Source: Raillietiella orientalis
Taxonomy: Eukaryota
Length of the DNA: 64,000 nucleotides
NCBI GenBank assembly: GCA_036172245.1
Contig: JAYWIR010000041.1
Span: 1-64,000 of the forward strand
Direction of reading: 5' to 3'
Below are positions 25,059-37,500 of this stretch, piece by piece (the stretch's first letter is position 1; every line of letters begins with the position of its first letter). The position numbers and the translations under genes were made by a program. Below the pieces are notes generated by a model. It was given only the letters and a program-made list of their open reading frames with translations. It was not told the origin of the DNA and searched no databases.

Positions 25059-28000
25059 TTATGAAATACCAGAAAAGGGACCGGACGATGTCAATCCGTT
25101 GATCTGAAGGTTGAAGATTGCCTCTTGCAGTGTGGTCCGCACGTGCGCCAGGAAAGCGTTTCGGAAACCCATTATCCCGAGGAACCATAGCAACATAGCG
25201 TGGTCCACCGAGTCCAATGCCTTTTCAATGTCCGTGAGGTCCAGCACCAGGAAGTCGCCTCGGATACGGCTGTAACCGAGAAACGCTTGGGCACACTTGA
25301 TGTTCGCCCAAACGTGCCTGCCTGGACAGAGCACGTCTGTGTGGGAGAAATCACCAATCAAGGTGTCGCTTGAGGCGATTTGCCCAGATCTTCGCCATCT
25401 ACTTTTTATCGAAGCTAGGGGTCGGGATCGGCCTCCACTGAATGATGGAGTGGAGGTCGCCGTCCTTGGGTAGCAGCCTCATCCTATTCCGATAGAAGGA
25501 GGCGGGCAGGCTTCCTTCTGGCACTCGGGATAGCAGCTGATAGAAAACGCAGAGATAAGCCGGCAGTAGCTCTGATAATGTGTGATGGGAATGCTATCAG
25601 CTCCCGTCGTCACGTCCTCGTACCGCTCCTCGAGCGCTTTCTTGACCTCTTCGTTGGTAAAATCTTTCATTCGATCTTTTTCTTGGGTGCCCAAGCGCTT
25701 TCCCATGAAGCAGAGGGTTTGCTCTTGGGCCCCGTCGTCCAATTGTTGCCCGCGTCGGAGGCCTTGTGGTTAAGGCTTCCGGGTGTGCCACCACGCGTCG
25801 CGGGTTCGAATACTCCGGCAGAAACTGAGACGCCGCTGCGTCGTTGGGTTCCGAGTTTCTCCTGCAATGGCGCTGGTTGGCCTAATCATTCGGGCGTGGC
25901 ACCGGCGGTGGATCAAGCCGGAGGCCCCCGATGAAGGCCGGAACAATGGGAAATTGACCTTCGGGTCTTCTCAGGAATGAAGGAGTGGGGAGTTCCCCCT
26001 CCGGTCGTACAACGGAGAGCGGACCCCCGACCGGGGGACCCCTCCGGTTTCAAGATGGAGCAGGAGCCCTCACGGGCACCTCTCCAGTTGTTCTAAAGGA
26101 GCGGACATCCCCTGTTGCGGGGGAGACCCTCCGAGTCGTCGCCTCTTCACAGAATGTGCACAAGGTAGCAAGCGAGAGCGATTCCCTGCGGGAAGCTGCA
26201 GCGCCCCTTCTGCGTTTCGGAAGCGTCCCTTCGGGGTTCTCTTCAGAGGAGTGAACGGGAGCGGTTCCCTTGCGGGTTCCCTCCGGAGAAGAAATTCCTA
26301 CAAGCGGTTCCTTTCCGGGTTCCCTTCGGAGAAGTTGAAATGAAGTTGAAATGGAGAGGACAGCCCCTCCCCATTGGTGGGGGGTGTCCCTCCGGAGAGA
26401 ATGAGGAAGGAGATTCCCTTCGGGGCTCCCCTTCGGAGACAACCAGGGTGGGAGATGCGATCTTTCCCCAAGCATGAGAGGAACGGACTCCGAGCCCTTC
26501 CTGGATTCATAGGGCGGACCCCCATCCCGGAGTGCCCCCTGTCCTGAAGAATTACACGCCCCCTGAGGGTTGCCGCGGGCAGAGAGGCATGGAAACAAAA
26601 CAGTGTGTTTAATGTTTAAAAAGAGCCACGTGCGCCGCGAGGCACGCGACCGGCTCTTGAGGTTACTTAGCGAACCAAAAAAAAAAAGAAAACTCTTTAA
26701 AAAAAAAGCTGAAAGGGAAACAGCATACAGAAGGAAAAAGAAGAACCCAAGGATTTCCATCGTCCTAAGGCCAGTAGCGACCCCCACGAGGAGAGTAACC
26801 CAGAGTAACTCAGTGAAATAATGGTCGATGGCCTCCATTACTTGCTCCGGAGTTAGGCAGTCTCGATCTTCGTATTCATATCAAACATGTCCGTCTGCAA
26901 GCTCCTGTTTCCACGATCTCGATGTCCTTCCTCAGGTACTCGTCGAGATACCTTCTCTGGTATTGATGCCAGCGCGCGGAGTGGGAGAGGTGGTGCCGGT
27001 GAACCCTTAGACACGCTTCCTCTTAGATTCCTGTCTCAGAATTGCGTTTCAGAAGGGATGAACAACATACTGGAGACGATCCTAGTCGTCGACGTGGTGG
27101 ATGCCCATCGGGGCGAGAATGGTCTCCAAGACGCTTTGGTCTCCAAGACGTAGCACTCTTGCCACTCGATCTTGCTGATGAGTGCCGTCCTGGACTCCTT
27201 GCACTCCCTCCTGGAATTTCCTGCTTGTATTCGGATGACGAATGAGAGATCTCGGGACCCCCGGATGCGGTTCGCAATGGTCCACGAGTGCAGGACGTAG
27301 TCTAACTCATGGATCCGTGGAGCATGGAAGTGGAACTTTTCCGCCATGCAACGGTAAATGTTGGTTGTCTATGCATCTCACGAACGCGGCCGGTTGAGAT
27401 CGCAGTCGACGTTCAGGCCGCTCATCAGCAAGATGACGTCCTTCGGTGCAGCCTTGCTCTTCAGAAGAGTCTCGAGGGCCAACACAAAAGCTTCTTTGTT
27501 TGTGTGCGGCTCATTCACGTTTGCCACGAAGAGGTAGACGCTTCCGGATCACGCTATCCGGAGGTCCAGGACGCGGCCTTCCCATCTGTGCAACACTTTC
27601 AGGATGGTGGAGAGTGCGAGGGTGGTCTTTACTAGGATGGCGACTCCCTCGCGGTTCGGTTCGCCCTCTTTTACGTAAATCTCCACCTGCAAGTTGCAGG
27701 ATAGCCCTCGCTTTACTCTGGGAATTAGCTCATGAATTTCCTGGAGTCAGCTGATTCTTGTCACAGGGGCCACGCCAGCTGCCTCCTCTTTCGCGAGTAT
27801 GTACAGACGCTGATGTTTCAGAATGCGACCCTTATTTTCGCCAACGGCGACAGAACCTTTCAGTTGTGTTCAAGATGGATCGTGGGTCATCCTTGTTTCT
27901 TCTCGAGGCTCTTTGGAGTGCTAGCTCGCGGGTGATCCACCGGTTCACCAGATGTGCAGCCGATGGTTACACGTCTCCCTGACGAAGGGGTTGGTCGTCT

Positions 28001-29620
28001 GACGAGAAGTAGCCAGCCCATTGTGCTGCTCGCGTTATCCGCGTCAGCAGGTGTGTCGTCGGAGGTGGTGCTCTCCAGCTCCGTGGCGCTGATTTGCGTT
28101 CTTCACCTCGAGCAGCGTAGATCTCCATTTCCAGGGCGTTCCTATTCGGGGAGGGTATGGTCTGTGTCTGGAGCACCTCGAGAAAACCGCTCGTGTGGAG
28201 AACGAGCACCCTTTCTTTATCGTAGAGGGGCTCCTGCTGCTTTGCGTATGTCATCCACCTCCACTGGGAGCTCCTCTATGACCACCTGCGGTGTATTTGG
28301 GAGGAAGGAAGCAATGCGGGTTCCTCCTCCTTGGTCACGGCTAGTTGAGCCGCCGCAGCCGCCATTTCCAGTGCTGCTTCCCTAGGGGTGGTTGTGGTGT
28401 CTCCTAAGCAGACGTTTCCGGGGAGGTCGTCTGGGAAGTGTTAACTACTCTGTTTTTGACTTTTTCGACACTTTCTGTAGGAAAAGTCAAAAACAGCTTT
28501 TTTTGGAGGGAGGGGGCAGTGACAGGGCTCGGGACTGGAGTAGGGGTGGCGATCGGGAGTTCCGCATTGGTTCCGTCTGACGCCTGTTCAGGGGGCAGGC
28601 TTCCCTGGAATGCCAACCACTTGTACTTGCCGTAGTCATCGCCTCATGGTTCGCAGCCTTGCAAAAAGAACCGCGTTTCGGCTTGCGCATTCTGCCGCTA
28701 CATGGTCGGGTTTCCGCACTTTTGGCATCTGCTGCCGGGACACTCTGCGATCCGATGGCCGAAAGCCATGCACGAGCAGCAGAAGTCGAACTGTCCATTG
28801 TAGGTGACTGCACCCTCTCGAAACGTTCGTCTAAATACTATGATGTGGGGATCTTGATGTCTTTCTCCCTGAGGAGCTTCACGAGGGCCTGGCCTCCAAA
28901 CCACCCATTCTGATACACCTCCTGGAAGACAAATTCGCAGAATTGGCTAAAGTGTTGTCTGATTGTGAGCCTGTTGGTGTCTGCCTCGATGCCGGGCAGG
29001 TGCACCGCGGTCGTGGCGTGTTCAGATATGCCGTGCAGGGTTTTGTCGTTTATCACGGTTCCTTCGTTGACGACGATGTCGATGAAGATCGAGCTGTCGG
29101 TGTGGGTGGAGTATCTCCCGACGAACGCAGTGATCACTTTGGTCGAAATCAATTTCTTTCCACTAGATCGTGAGGTAAATGTCGTGTGTTGCGTTTTCTG
29201 ACGGTGTCGATGGGGAAAGTGACGATGAAGACTGAAGTCCATCATGGGCCGTCTTCGTCAGATATTTCAATTTTGGAGATTGTCATTTGTTCCACAGCTG
29301 CCATGGATGCCCGGGTGGCAGAGATACAGCCACGGATGCGTATGGTGACGACGCGGGTGCCTTACTTGCTTTCGCAGTCGTCGAAGAAGCCACTTCCGTG
29401 TCTGCTGATGTTCTTTCGCCATTCTGCATTGGCTCCTCCATGCTCCTTCCTCATGCGTGAGTGCATGGCAGTTTTTCCCTCTTTTCCACACTACTCGACT
29501 TTGGGTTACGCTCAAAATCCTGTCGGTGTTCGCAACGGACACTATTTATGCATTGTCACTGGCCCCTATAAGAAGCCGGCCAAAAGTTCGTCTACAGGTT
29601 TATTTAGACGTCAGTAGCCA
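25059..29620 (-). mobile_element. Decayed L1/Tx1-like retrotransposon (ORF1 with zinc knuckles, APE, truncated RT), interrupted at 25758-26802
   Basis: ORF1 knuckles CCSCMAFGHRIAECPGSRCQKCG (~28700-28780); APE-like FLVANVNEP...VILLMSGLNVD (~27400-27540); RT motifs RLLPKDGDLHSIIQWRPI and LDLTDIEKALDSVDHAMLL, breaking off after INGLTS at about 25080. Related at the protein level to the 11860-16690 element. Confidence 0.88.
25758..26802 (+). mobile_element. tRNA-headed SINE-like or non-autonomous retroelement inserted antisense in LINE ORF2
   Basis: The host ORF rejoins in frame when it is removed (DHYFTELL|RRGQQLDD). It starts with an A-box/D-arm GGCCTTGTGGTTAAGGC and a B-box GGTTCGAAT, and has a 3' hairpin at 26621-26658 followed by an A11 run at 26677-26687. 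Confidence 0.65.
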
Positions 29621-31230
29621 CTCAGTTCGTTAGTATTCACACGCGTTTTTCTGTTCTTCGTTAACAGATTTTTTATTGCTTTCTGTTTTCTGAATTCTAT
29701 CAGTCAGAAATCAATATGAATCATTTAGTTTCATTTTTCTCAAAAAAACCATTGGCACTTAATCGGAATCATCTCATGTGAGAAAAATTAATTCAAATGT
29801 CTACTCTGAGCAAGGGAGAAAATTAAGGTATACATAGCAAAAAGGTTTTGAAGAATGGTTTATTTATGAGGGAATATTTTTAGTGTAGTGATAACGTCTT
29901 CGTCATTTGAATTTGAATCCTGCAATGTATTGCAATGAGTTGAAACAAAACTGTCGGCTATTAACGATTGTTGCTACCTTATCTCGTTTGTGAAAACTGG
30001 CTGCAATTGTTACATTAAAAATATGACGTGTGTGAGATAGTTTCCAATATTTATGGAGATTTCACGTGCGAGATGGCTTGCATACATGAATTTGCCCCAC
30101 ATTTCACCATATTTTTTCATTTAACATGGCTATTTTCTTCACTGATTTAATTACGATTTCTCACTGAATGGATAAAATGATCCATTCGTTCCCATGCCAA
30201 TGTGTATTGACTGCATATTCTCGTGAGGATAGTTGTATAGACAACGTAACAGCCCAAATAGGACATAAAGTTTGTAGTTTTACATGGTTTGAACTAGTTA
30301 ACATTCATAAAATAGCGAAGTAAATTAGTATATCCGAAACAGAAGGTTTTCTTAATGTTTCTATTGTCAAGTTTATTTTTGTGTTTCAAACTAGAAAAGT
30401 ATTTAAAATTTCTTTCATATATTATGTAATACTTCAAAAGCAGGATGATCACTTAATTCATTTTATAATTATTTGGTAAAGTATGTTTCAAAGACGATAA
30501 AGATTTTAATAACAGATGCAACTCCATGCTGCATGTTCATTTGTGAACCAAATGTATCTCCAATCCGAAAGTGAACTTGTACATTTTGAGGATCTGTTTC
30601 TTGTATAATTTTGTACTTTGTTTGTATAGAGTGCATTTTTTAAAAAAGCATCTATAGTTTTGCCTTTCCCCTTACCTCCTGTTGGTATGATTTTGTGGTA
30701 AGAACTCTGCAACGTTACTAAAAGTTCTAAAGTTCTGTGATTCTTCTACAGAAGGTTGTATTTCATATTTGAAATTGGAGTGCCTGATTCATTTATTATA
30801 GAGTTGATTTATCAAAGTGTGTAATGATTTTTACTTCCTAGATGATGACAACTAATGCATATAACTTTACCTGCAAAAAACGTTTGATTATAGAATAAAG
30901 CATCCATCATCCTACGATTTGCAGCTATTGTCATTTGTGGTACATTTCCATCCCCAACTCATTCTCATAACTAGCAACGAATCCATCTCTTTATTTTGAC
31001 TTTCATATTTTTTAAAATTCATTAACAAAATTAATTTTGTTCTTTGTGGAGTCTAGATTTGTAGAATTAGGTTAACATCTCTAAAAATAAATTGGGATTA
31101 TAATATTGGAAGCACTTCTTAAGATATTAAAAAAATCTCAAACAAACAATATTTAAAAAACCTAGATTAGCTAAATATTTGATATGACTTATGGAATTTA
31201 CGTGAATTTTTCAATTTAGGTATTACTATT

Positions 31231-34200
31231 ATGAGTGGAAGTACAGAGATTGCATCTGTCAGATCTCATGAATCTGAAAATGCACCACCTGCTGCAGAAG
31301 CTAGAAGACCAAGTATATTAAGGAGCATTTTTATTAATGTTTTTATCATATATTTTCTTACAAGATTTTTTAAAAGAACAACAGATAGTGAGATTTCCGA
31401 AAATAACAAGCTTAGAAGTTATGCACACAATTTGTACAGCATTGGAGATGCATTAGTAAGTGTATAGAAAATTCATTCCTTGAACAGTAAATGTTGAGCA
31501 TGTAAACTGTTTGTGTTAAGCTGAGTATTAATGACAAATGTTACATTCATAATTCCAACATTTTTTTTTAATGGTAGCTAATATTCATTTGAATTTTTAA
31601 TTAATAAAAATAGTATAAGATGCTTTAGCAATAGTATTAATCTAATAATAAATAATTAATAATGGCCAGAACTACTAACAGGTGCTTGTGAAAAACTCAT
31701 TTCAGTGTGCATTGTCACTTCTGTTTGCTTGGTGAGTCTGCATGCCTGTAAATGCTTGTTTTGGAAAGCATACATTAGTATACAGTGGACATTGTGATTA
31801 TTAGCATTCAGAGTTCTTCATGTAATTGCTGGTTTCACTTTTCTCATCATTTCATTATCCAGAATCAAGTTTAAAATGATCATCATTTAAGACCCACTTA
31901 TAACCTCATTTAAAATTCTTTTGTTGTACTGGCACTTGTTGATCTGTGTATTCCTTTTCTTGTTTAGATTGTATTTGGGGATGTATCTGAAATTAAAGTA
32001 TGTTCTAACCAAAGAGATCGATGCCTCTGTTTTTTTGTTCTAAAGTTTTTGAAACTGACGCACAAATAAATATTTATGAAGTATTTTAAATGAAACTTTT
32101 ATTTTTATAAATAGAGGAGCTGTGTCTTATCGATGATAATAGCAACCGTATGAGCAAATGAAAGTTTAATAAATAAGGTACTAAAGGGTTCAGTAGAAAG
32201 TTCAATGACTTAATGTCCCTCAAAATAGGTGTAAGTGGATTTCTTTGACAGAACCAGAACCTATTTAGCATATTTATATGTCTGTTCTAAATAATCACTT
32301 TTGCATCGCTAAAGATATGTACATATTTTACAAAAATAAGAGCAAACGATGTAGAATCTAACATGGAATATTGCACCTATTCTAAAGATGTTGATATTAT
32401 ATTTAATTGTTTTAACCATAGATGTTGGTTGAAACAGTTTCTTAAAAAGGTTTTTCTTCAAGTTTCAAGTAAAAAACTAGTCATTTTACCTACTTTGAAT
32501 GAATGAATACTTTGAATGAATTCACTGTTTTCTATATTTGCTTTCCTTTTAGGACATTTATGTGTATTTATCAGAAAGCGAGAATCTTACCAAGTTTCAT
32601 GATTCAGAGCAACTAGTTTGGGTAAATAAACATGTAATTTATGGTAGTTGGACTGATGGCCCTTTGAAAGATGGGTCCTTTAGACACGACATTCATTTCA
32701 AATCCCCGATGGTAATACAGTTTTAAATTTTCTTTATGATATGACAAGTTTTTTTCTTTCAATTTCAGAGTGTTCTTAACAATGGGTCCTTATTTCTTCA
32801 TTTTTACATTGTGCCACCAGGCAGGTCTCCCAATCCAGCTGATTCAACATTTGAGGAGCATCTGACTGTGCATAAAGTAAAAGATTTGGTAAAGTTTAAG
32901 AAGAGAAGACTCAATAAGAAAATCAATTTGCTGTCGGGTGATCAATCCTTGGAAAAATCAAACGTAATTCCTTAGTGCCATAAAAACTTTAAAATATTAA
33001 TTTTTGCAGTGTAATGAAAACTCATAATTTTAATACTTTATGTATGTTCATATATCTGCAGCAAAAAGAAACAAATCAGATAATTGGGCATTGGCATCCC
33101 AATGTGACTATTGTGATTGTCGTGGATGAAACGAAATGGGATCGAAGAAACGTACCATCTCCCCTGAATAATTGTAGGTTATTGTGTTTATTGTGTTGTG
33201 TGATGATAAAGATTAACTTCATAGATATTCACTTCACAGCTAGTGGAAATGCATATCAACCAGTTGTGTTCTTCAATGATTATTGGAATTTGCTGAGAGA
33301 TTATTTTCCTGTTGATTCTAGCATGCAGTTAAGAATGAAATTCATTTAAATTAATAGTAATTTTTTTATAGGCAACTCAATCTTAGCATAACTTTGCAGC
33401 AATCGTCCTTTATTAAATGGCAGATGTATGCAGCAATGATGATGCAAAATCAGTTCACACCATCTTTTCTTACTGATGCTGATGATGAAGATGAGCAAGA
33501 TGATATGAAGGAAATTTTTCTGGAAACATCTCCATATTTGCTAGCCCTAACCATCATTTTAAGCTTGGTACATGGCATATTTGAATTTCTGGCCTTCAAA
33601 AATGGTAGCTATATTGTATCACTGTATTAATGTATTTAATGACTTTTAGATATTCAGTTCTGGAAAAATAAACAGTCCTTAGAAGGACTTTCAGTTCGCA
33701 GTGTGTTTTTTAATGTTTTTCAATCCACTGTATTGTTGTTGTACATCTTAGATAATGATACAAATACAATGGTTCGTCTGTCAGTATTTGTGGGATTACT
33801 CATTGATGTGTGGAAAATTTTTAAAGTATGGTTTCCCAAATAAACTTTGCATTACATCCATTCTTATTAGGTAATGGATATAAGCATTGACCATGAACAT
33901 CGTGTGCTTGGTTTTCTTCCCAAGATTAGCTGGAAGGATAAGGGATCATATGAAGTATCTGGCACCAAAGAATATGATACACTTGCATTTAAATACTTGG
34001 GTCGACTAACATTTCCTTTGTTGGGATTGTATGCAATCTACAGTCTTGTTTATCATGAGCATAAAGGATGGTATTCTTGGTCATTATCTGTTCTTTACGG
34101 ATTTCTCTTGACATTTGGTAAGATAAAAACTTCAAGCCTAAATAGTGTGCTGTTATTAGGTTTCATTATGATGACTCCACAGCTGTTCATAAATTATAAA

Positions 34201-34519
34201 CTAAAGTCAGTTGCCCATCTTCCTTGGCGTATGATGACATACAAAGCACTGAATACATTCATTGATGATATCTTCGCCTATATCATTCGTATGCCCACAC
34301 TCCAACGTTTGGGATGTTTGCGAGATGGTGAGTTCAGAAACTTAATTCATATGAATCGCTTTTGCTGCAGATGTGATTTTTTTCATTTTTCTATATCAAC
34401 GCTGGAACTATCGTGTTGATCCCAAGCGCACCAACGAATTTGGGTTTTCTAAAGAAATGGAGGAGCAAGCAAAGCTTCAAAAAACAATCACAGATGCTCC
34501 AAGACCAAAACGAGACTGA
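31231..34519 (+). CDS. CLPTM1: Cleft lip and palate transmembrane protein 1 homolog (CLPTM1 family), 588 aa, 10 coding exons
   Basis: Exons 31231-31455, 32553-32711, 32769-32963, 33062-33173, 33225-33327, 33372-33604, 33650-33825, 33871-34117, 34160-34327, 34371-34519; all GT-AG with consistent frame. Family motifs HWHPNVTI, FFNDYWNL, FEFLAFKNDIQFW, GFIMMTPQLFINYKLKSVAHLPWRMMTYKALNTFIDDIFA, YRVDPKRTNEFG. Confidence 0.96.
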
Positions 34520-34597
34520 CTTTTTTTTAAGTATATATTAGTCATCATGTTTAATCAGGAGTAAATATCAAATGACTAGATTCGATAAAAGGCACTT

Positions 34598-37500
34598 TCA
34601 CCATTTTATCTTAGAGGAGGATAAATGGGGTGGTTTGGGTGGGAGCTGGGGTCCAGTACTAGAAAAATCACGCAGTGTACTAGTCCAGATTCTAGGTGGA
34701 GTGTTGATTTGAGTGTGTCCCCTTGGTAACGTTAAAGGAGCATCTACAGTTTGATGTGGTTCTGGATACACAAATACAGGGGCATCTCCAAATACACAAT
34801 CTGCAACTGGTGATTGAGAGGCACAATTCATACCATTTAAATGCATTTTCCAGGTTATTTCATGATTGTTTTTGAATGATTGATCGGGAGGTGGAGTACG
34901 AAGTGCTACTTTAGTAAAAATTTATTATAATATAATGTAACTAACTACTTACATAATGGAGTACGAGGTAAATTGGCAGAGCGAGGAGGAAGTGGAGGAG
35001 GGGCATCACAAAGTTCATTACGAGGAGATGTACCACTTTCTGAAAATTCTCGTTTTCTTCTGGGAGGTAATGGTGGAGGATGAGCAACTATTAGTGGATG
35101 AGATGTAGCACTCAATGTAGACATATTTGATGCTGAACCAATCACAACAGTTGCAAATATACTAGAATCTGCTTCAGATGATTGTGGGGGGGTAATGGGT
35201 GTAGAGGGGGATAAGGAAACTCCTTGAGGAGAAGTACACTGGATCATACTGTCATCTCTGTCATCATTACTGCTCAAACGGCTGGATGAAAACAAATCAC
35301 CAAGAGGAGCTAAAGGATTTGGGTAGGTTTTCCCTTGCTGTGCACGGCATTTTATGCCAGGAGACTTCAAAGTTTTATCAGGCCACCGACGAGGAAACTT
35401 AACTGGTTGTTTGCAGTTCCGAGGCTCTATTTTCAGGGACTGCGCATACAAATAATTACCGATTTCTGTCTCATCCATATTGGGAAAAGGATCCAACGTT
35501 TCCAGGAAGTGCTATGGATTCGTTTTCCAAATTAATTTATTCATTAACCTTTTACCTACTCTTATTTGTGGCTCCATACTCAAGAAGTATGGCTGATTTT
35601 GATATTGCTGGATTTCTCCTGTAATTTCAGCTATCTTCCGTCGTTTGCTGAAGTTAATAATATTTTGACCATGACATTCCAGAAAATCTGAGTTGCCTTC
35701 TTCAATGTGAAGAATGTTTGTTAAGTACATGCCTGAAAACACCTTAAAGATTGTTGCAGAAATATTTTTAAGAATCAAACTGACCAAAAAAGGGCACACA
35801 AGGAGGATTGATGGAGCGCAGCTTCTCACAGTATTTCTTAAAATGGTCACTATTAAGCTGCAATGCTTCATCTAATGACTTTTGATAACGACATGGTAGA
35901 GCCTAAGAAAGATCACTGCATTTTCAAGTTCTGATACATGGAAAGTTATGCAAACCTCAAATGTGAAATTCAAGCGATGTACTGCAGCTGATTCCATAGC
36001 ACTCACAACAGAGAGAACACCATTAAAGTTGTTAAGATCTTGAAGTGCTAACATGACTTCCAGGATACGACTCACCACAGCAATTCTTTCCTCAAAATTT
36101 TCTGCATCCACTATGCACCCCTGATACCACCAAGTCACCTATGAGCAAGGTTATTATTGACCAAAGAATTAGAATAAGCGAGAGAAATGTTGTTGCTGTG
36201 CATGTTGCTTACATTATTTGTGTGATGGATCATTTTTAGTAAATTAGGAGATGTTTCTTGTTTATTTTTCTTCATCCAAACACTTCCTACTAATTCAGAT
36301 GGTTTCACAGCACGAAACAAATCTGATTCTAGTAAGGTCATCTGGCGAGCAATCTCAAGAGGATGGAGCTGTGTCAAATTGAAAGGATTAAAGCATAGCA
36401 AAATCTAACCTACTGTCATCAAATCAAATTCTCCTCTACAACAACTAATGTGCCATTCAACAGGTGGAGGACTGCAATTCTGTCCAAAAATAATTTCTCG
36501 TTGCTCATCACCACTTTCCTTTCTCCTTTGGATTATTTTTGTAATGGAGTCCACCCACTTTCTCATGGATTTCCCCTTCACCATATTTAAGAACACCTGA
36601 AGCTTTTCAATTAAGTGGAGATCCCTTTCAAAATCGTAAAAATGATGATCAACCCAATGTCGCATCACATTGAGAACACTAGGCAATGTTTGACAAGGTT
36701 TCTAAAGTATGATGAGCATACCGAAATTGAACAGGTTGTACATAATCACGACGAAATTTCTTAATCATCTCACGTTGTGCATTAGGATCAACGTCATCTG
36801 GAAAACTTAATTCTGGAATTTCAAAACGTTCAATGAGCAAAGATAGGAGTTCAGCTGGTGAGCAAAAACTGCGATACGTAGTTAAGAAAGTTCGCACCAG
36901 TACAGGATCAGCATACATATGATACGTTAATCTTTCTATTAGTTTGGTGATTGTAGCACCCTATAATTTAATTATGTACATGTTCCTAATGAATTTTTCA
37001 TTCTTACTTTAATCAATGGTACTCCCAAACTACTATTGTGTTCCTCTAACACAATATTGGAAGAGGAATCTTCCTCACTGAACCAATACTGATCAGCAGG
37101 TGGAAGTGTTAATGGATTCTTCTTCTCTTCATCCAACAGAAAAGTGTTCAATATGCGATCCATCATGCTATTAATCTTTGCATGCTGTTCACAGCTTACA
37201 GTTCTTATTACCTTCGAGTACTCAACATAACAAGTGCTGCCATCCAAGTGGCTTTCTCTTCACTAGACTTAGCATATAGTACAACGTGTGGCTGTAGGCG
37301 AGGGGCCACTTCGAAACTATTCCTTAACTCTAATTTGAAATGAAAATTTTGGCAAAGGTATAAAACTTATTCACCATCTGTATCTTCCCTATCTAGAATT
37401 TCCACTTTACGCAGGAAAAATTTTTCCTTAAGCCTGTATTCTGGTGAAGAACCTGTTACAGAGGATCGCCGTCCAGTAGCCTTACATAAAATCATCAAAC

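Noticed and set aside
25758..25825. Functional tRNA gene
   Set aside because: Acceptor and T stems do not pair; better read as a SINE-like head.
25926..25975. Hammerhead-like core CCGATGA...GAAA followed by a UUCG hairpin
   Set aside because: The core is CCGAUGA rather than CUGANGA, stem II lacks the closing G-C pair, and stems I and III do not pair properly.
26050..26838. 262-aa ORF with a hydrophobic N-terminus
   Set aside because: Chimeric read-through from LINE ORF2 into the antisense strand of the insert; the Phe runs are the reverse of poly(A).
30506..30712. GGKGKGKT Walker-A-like motif (Helitron/PIF1 helicase?)
   Set aside because: No other helicase motifs in the correct order; short AT-rich ORF.
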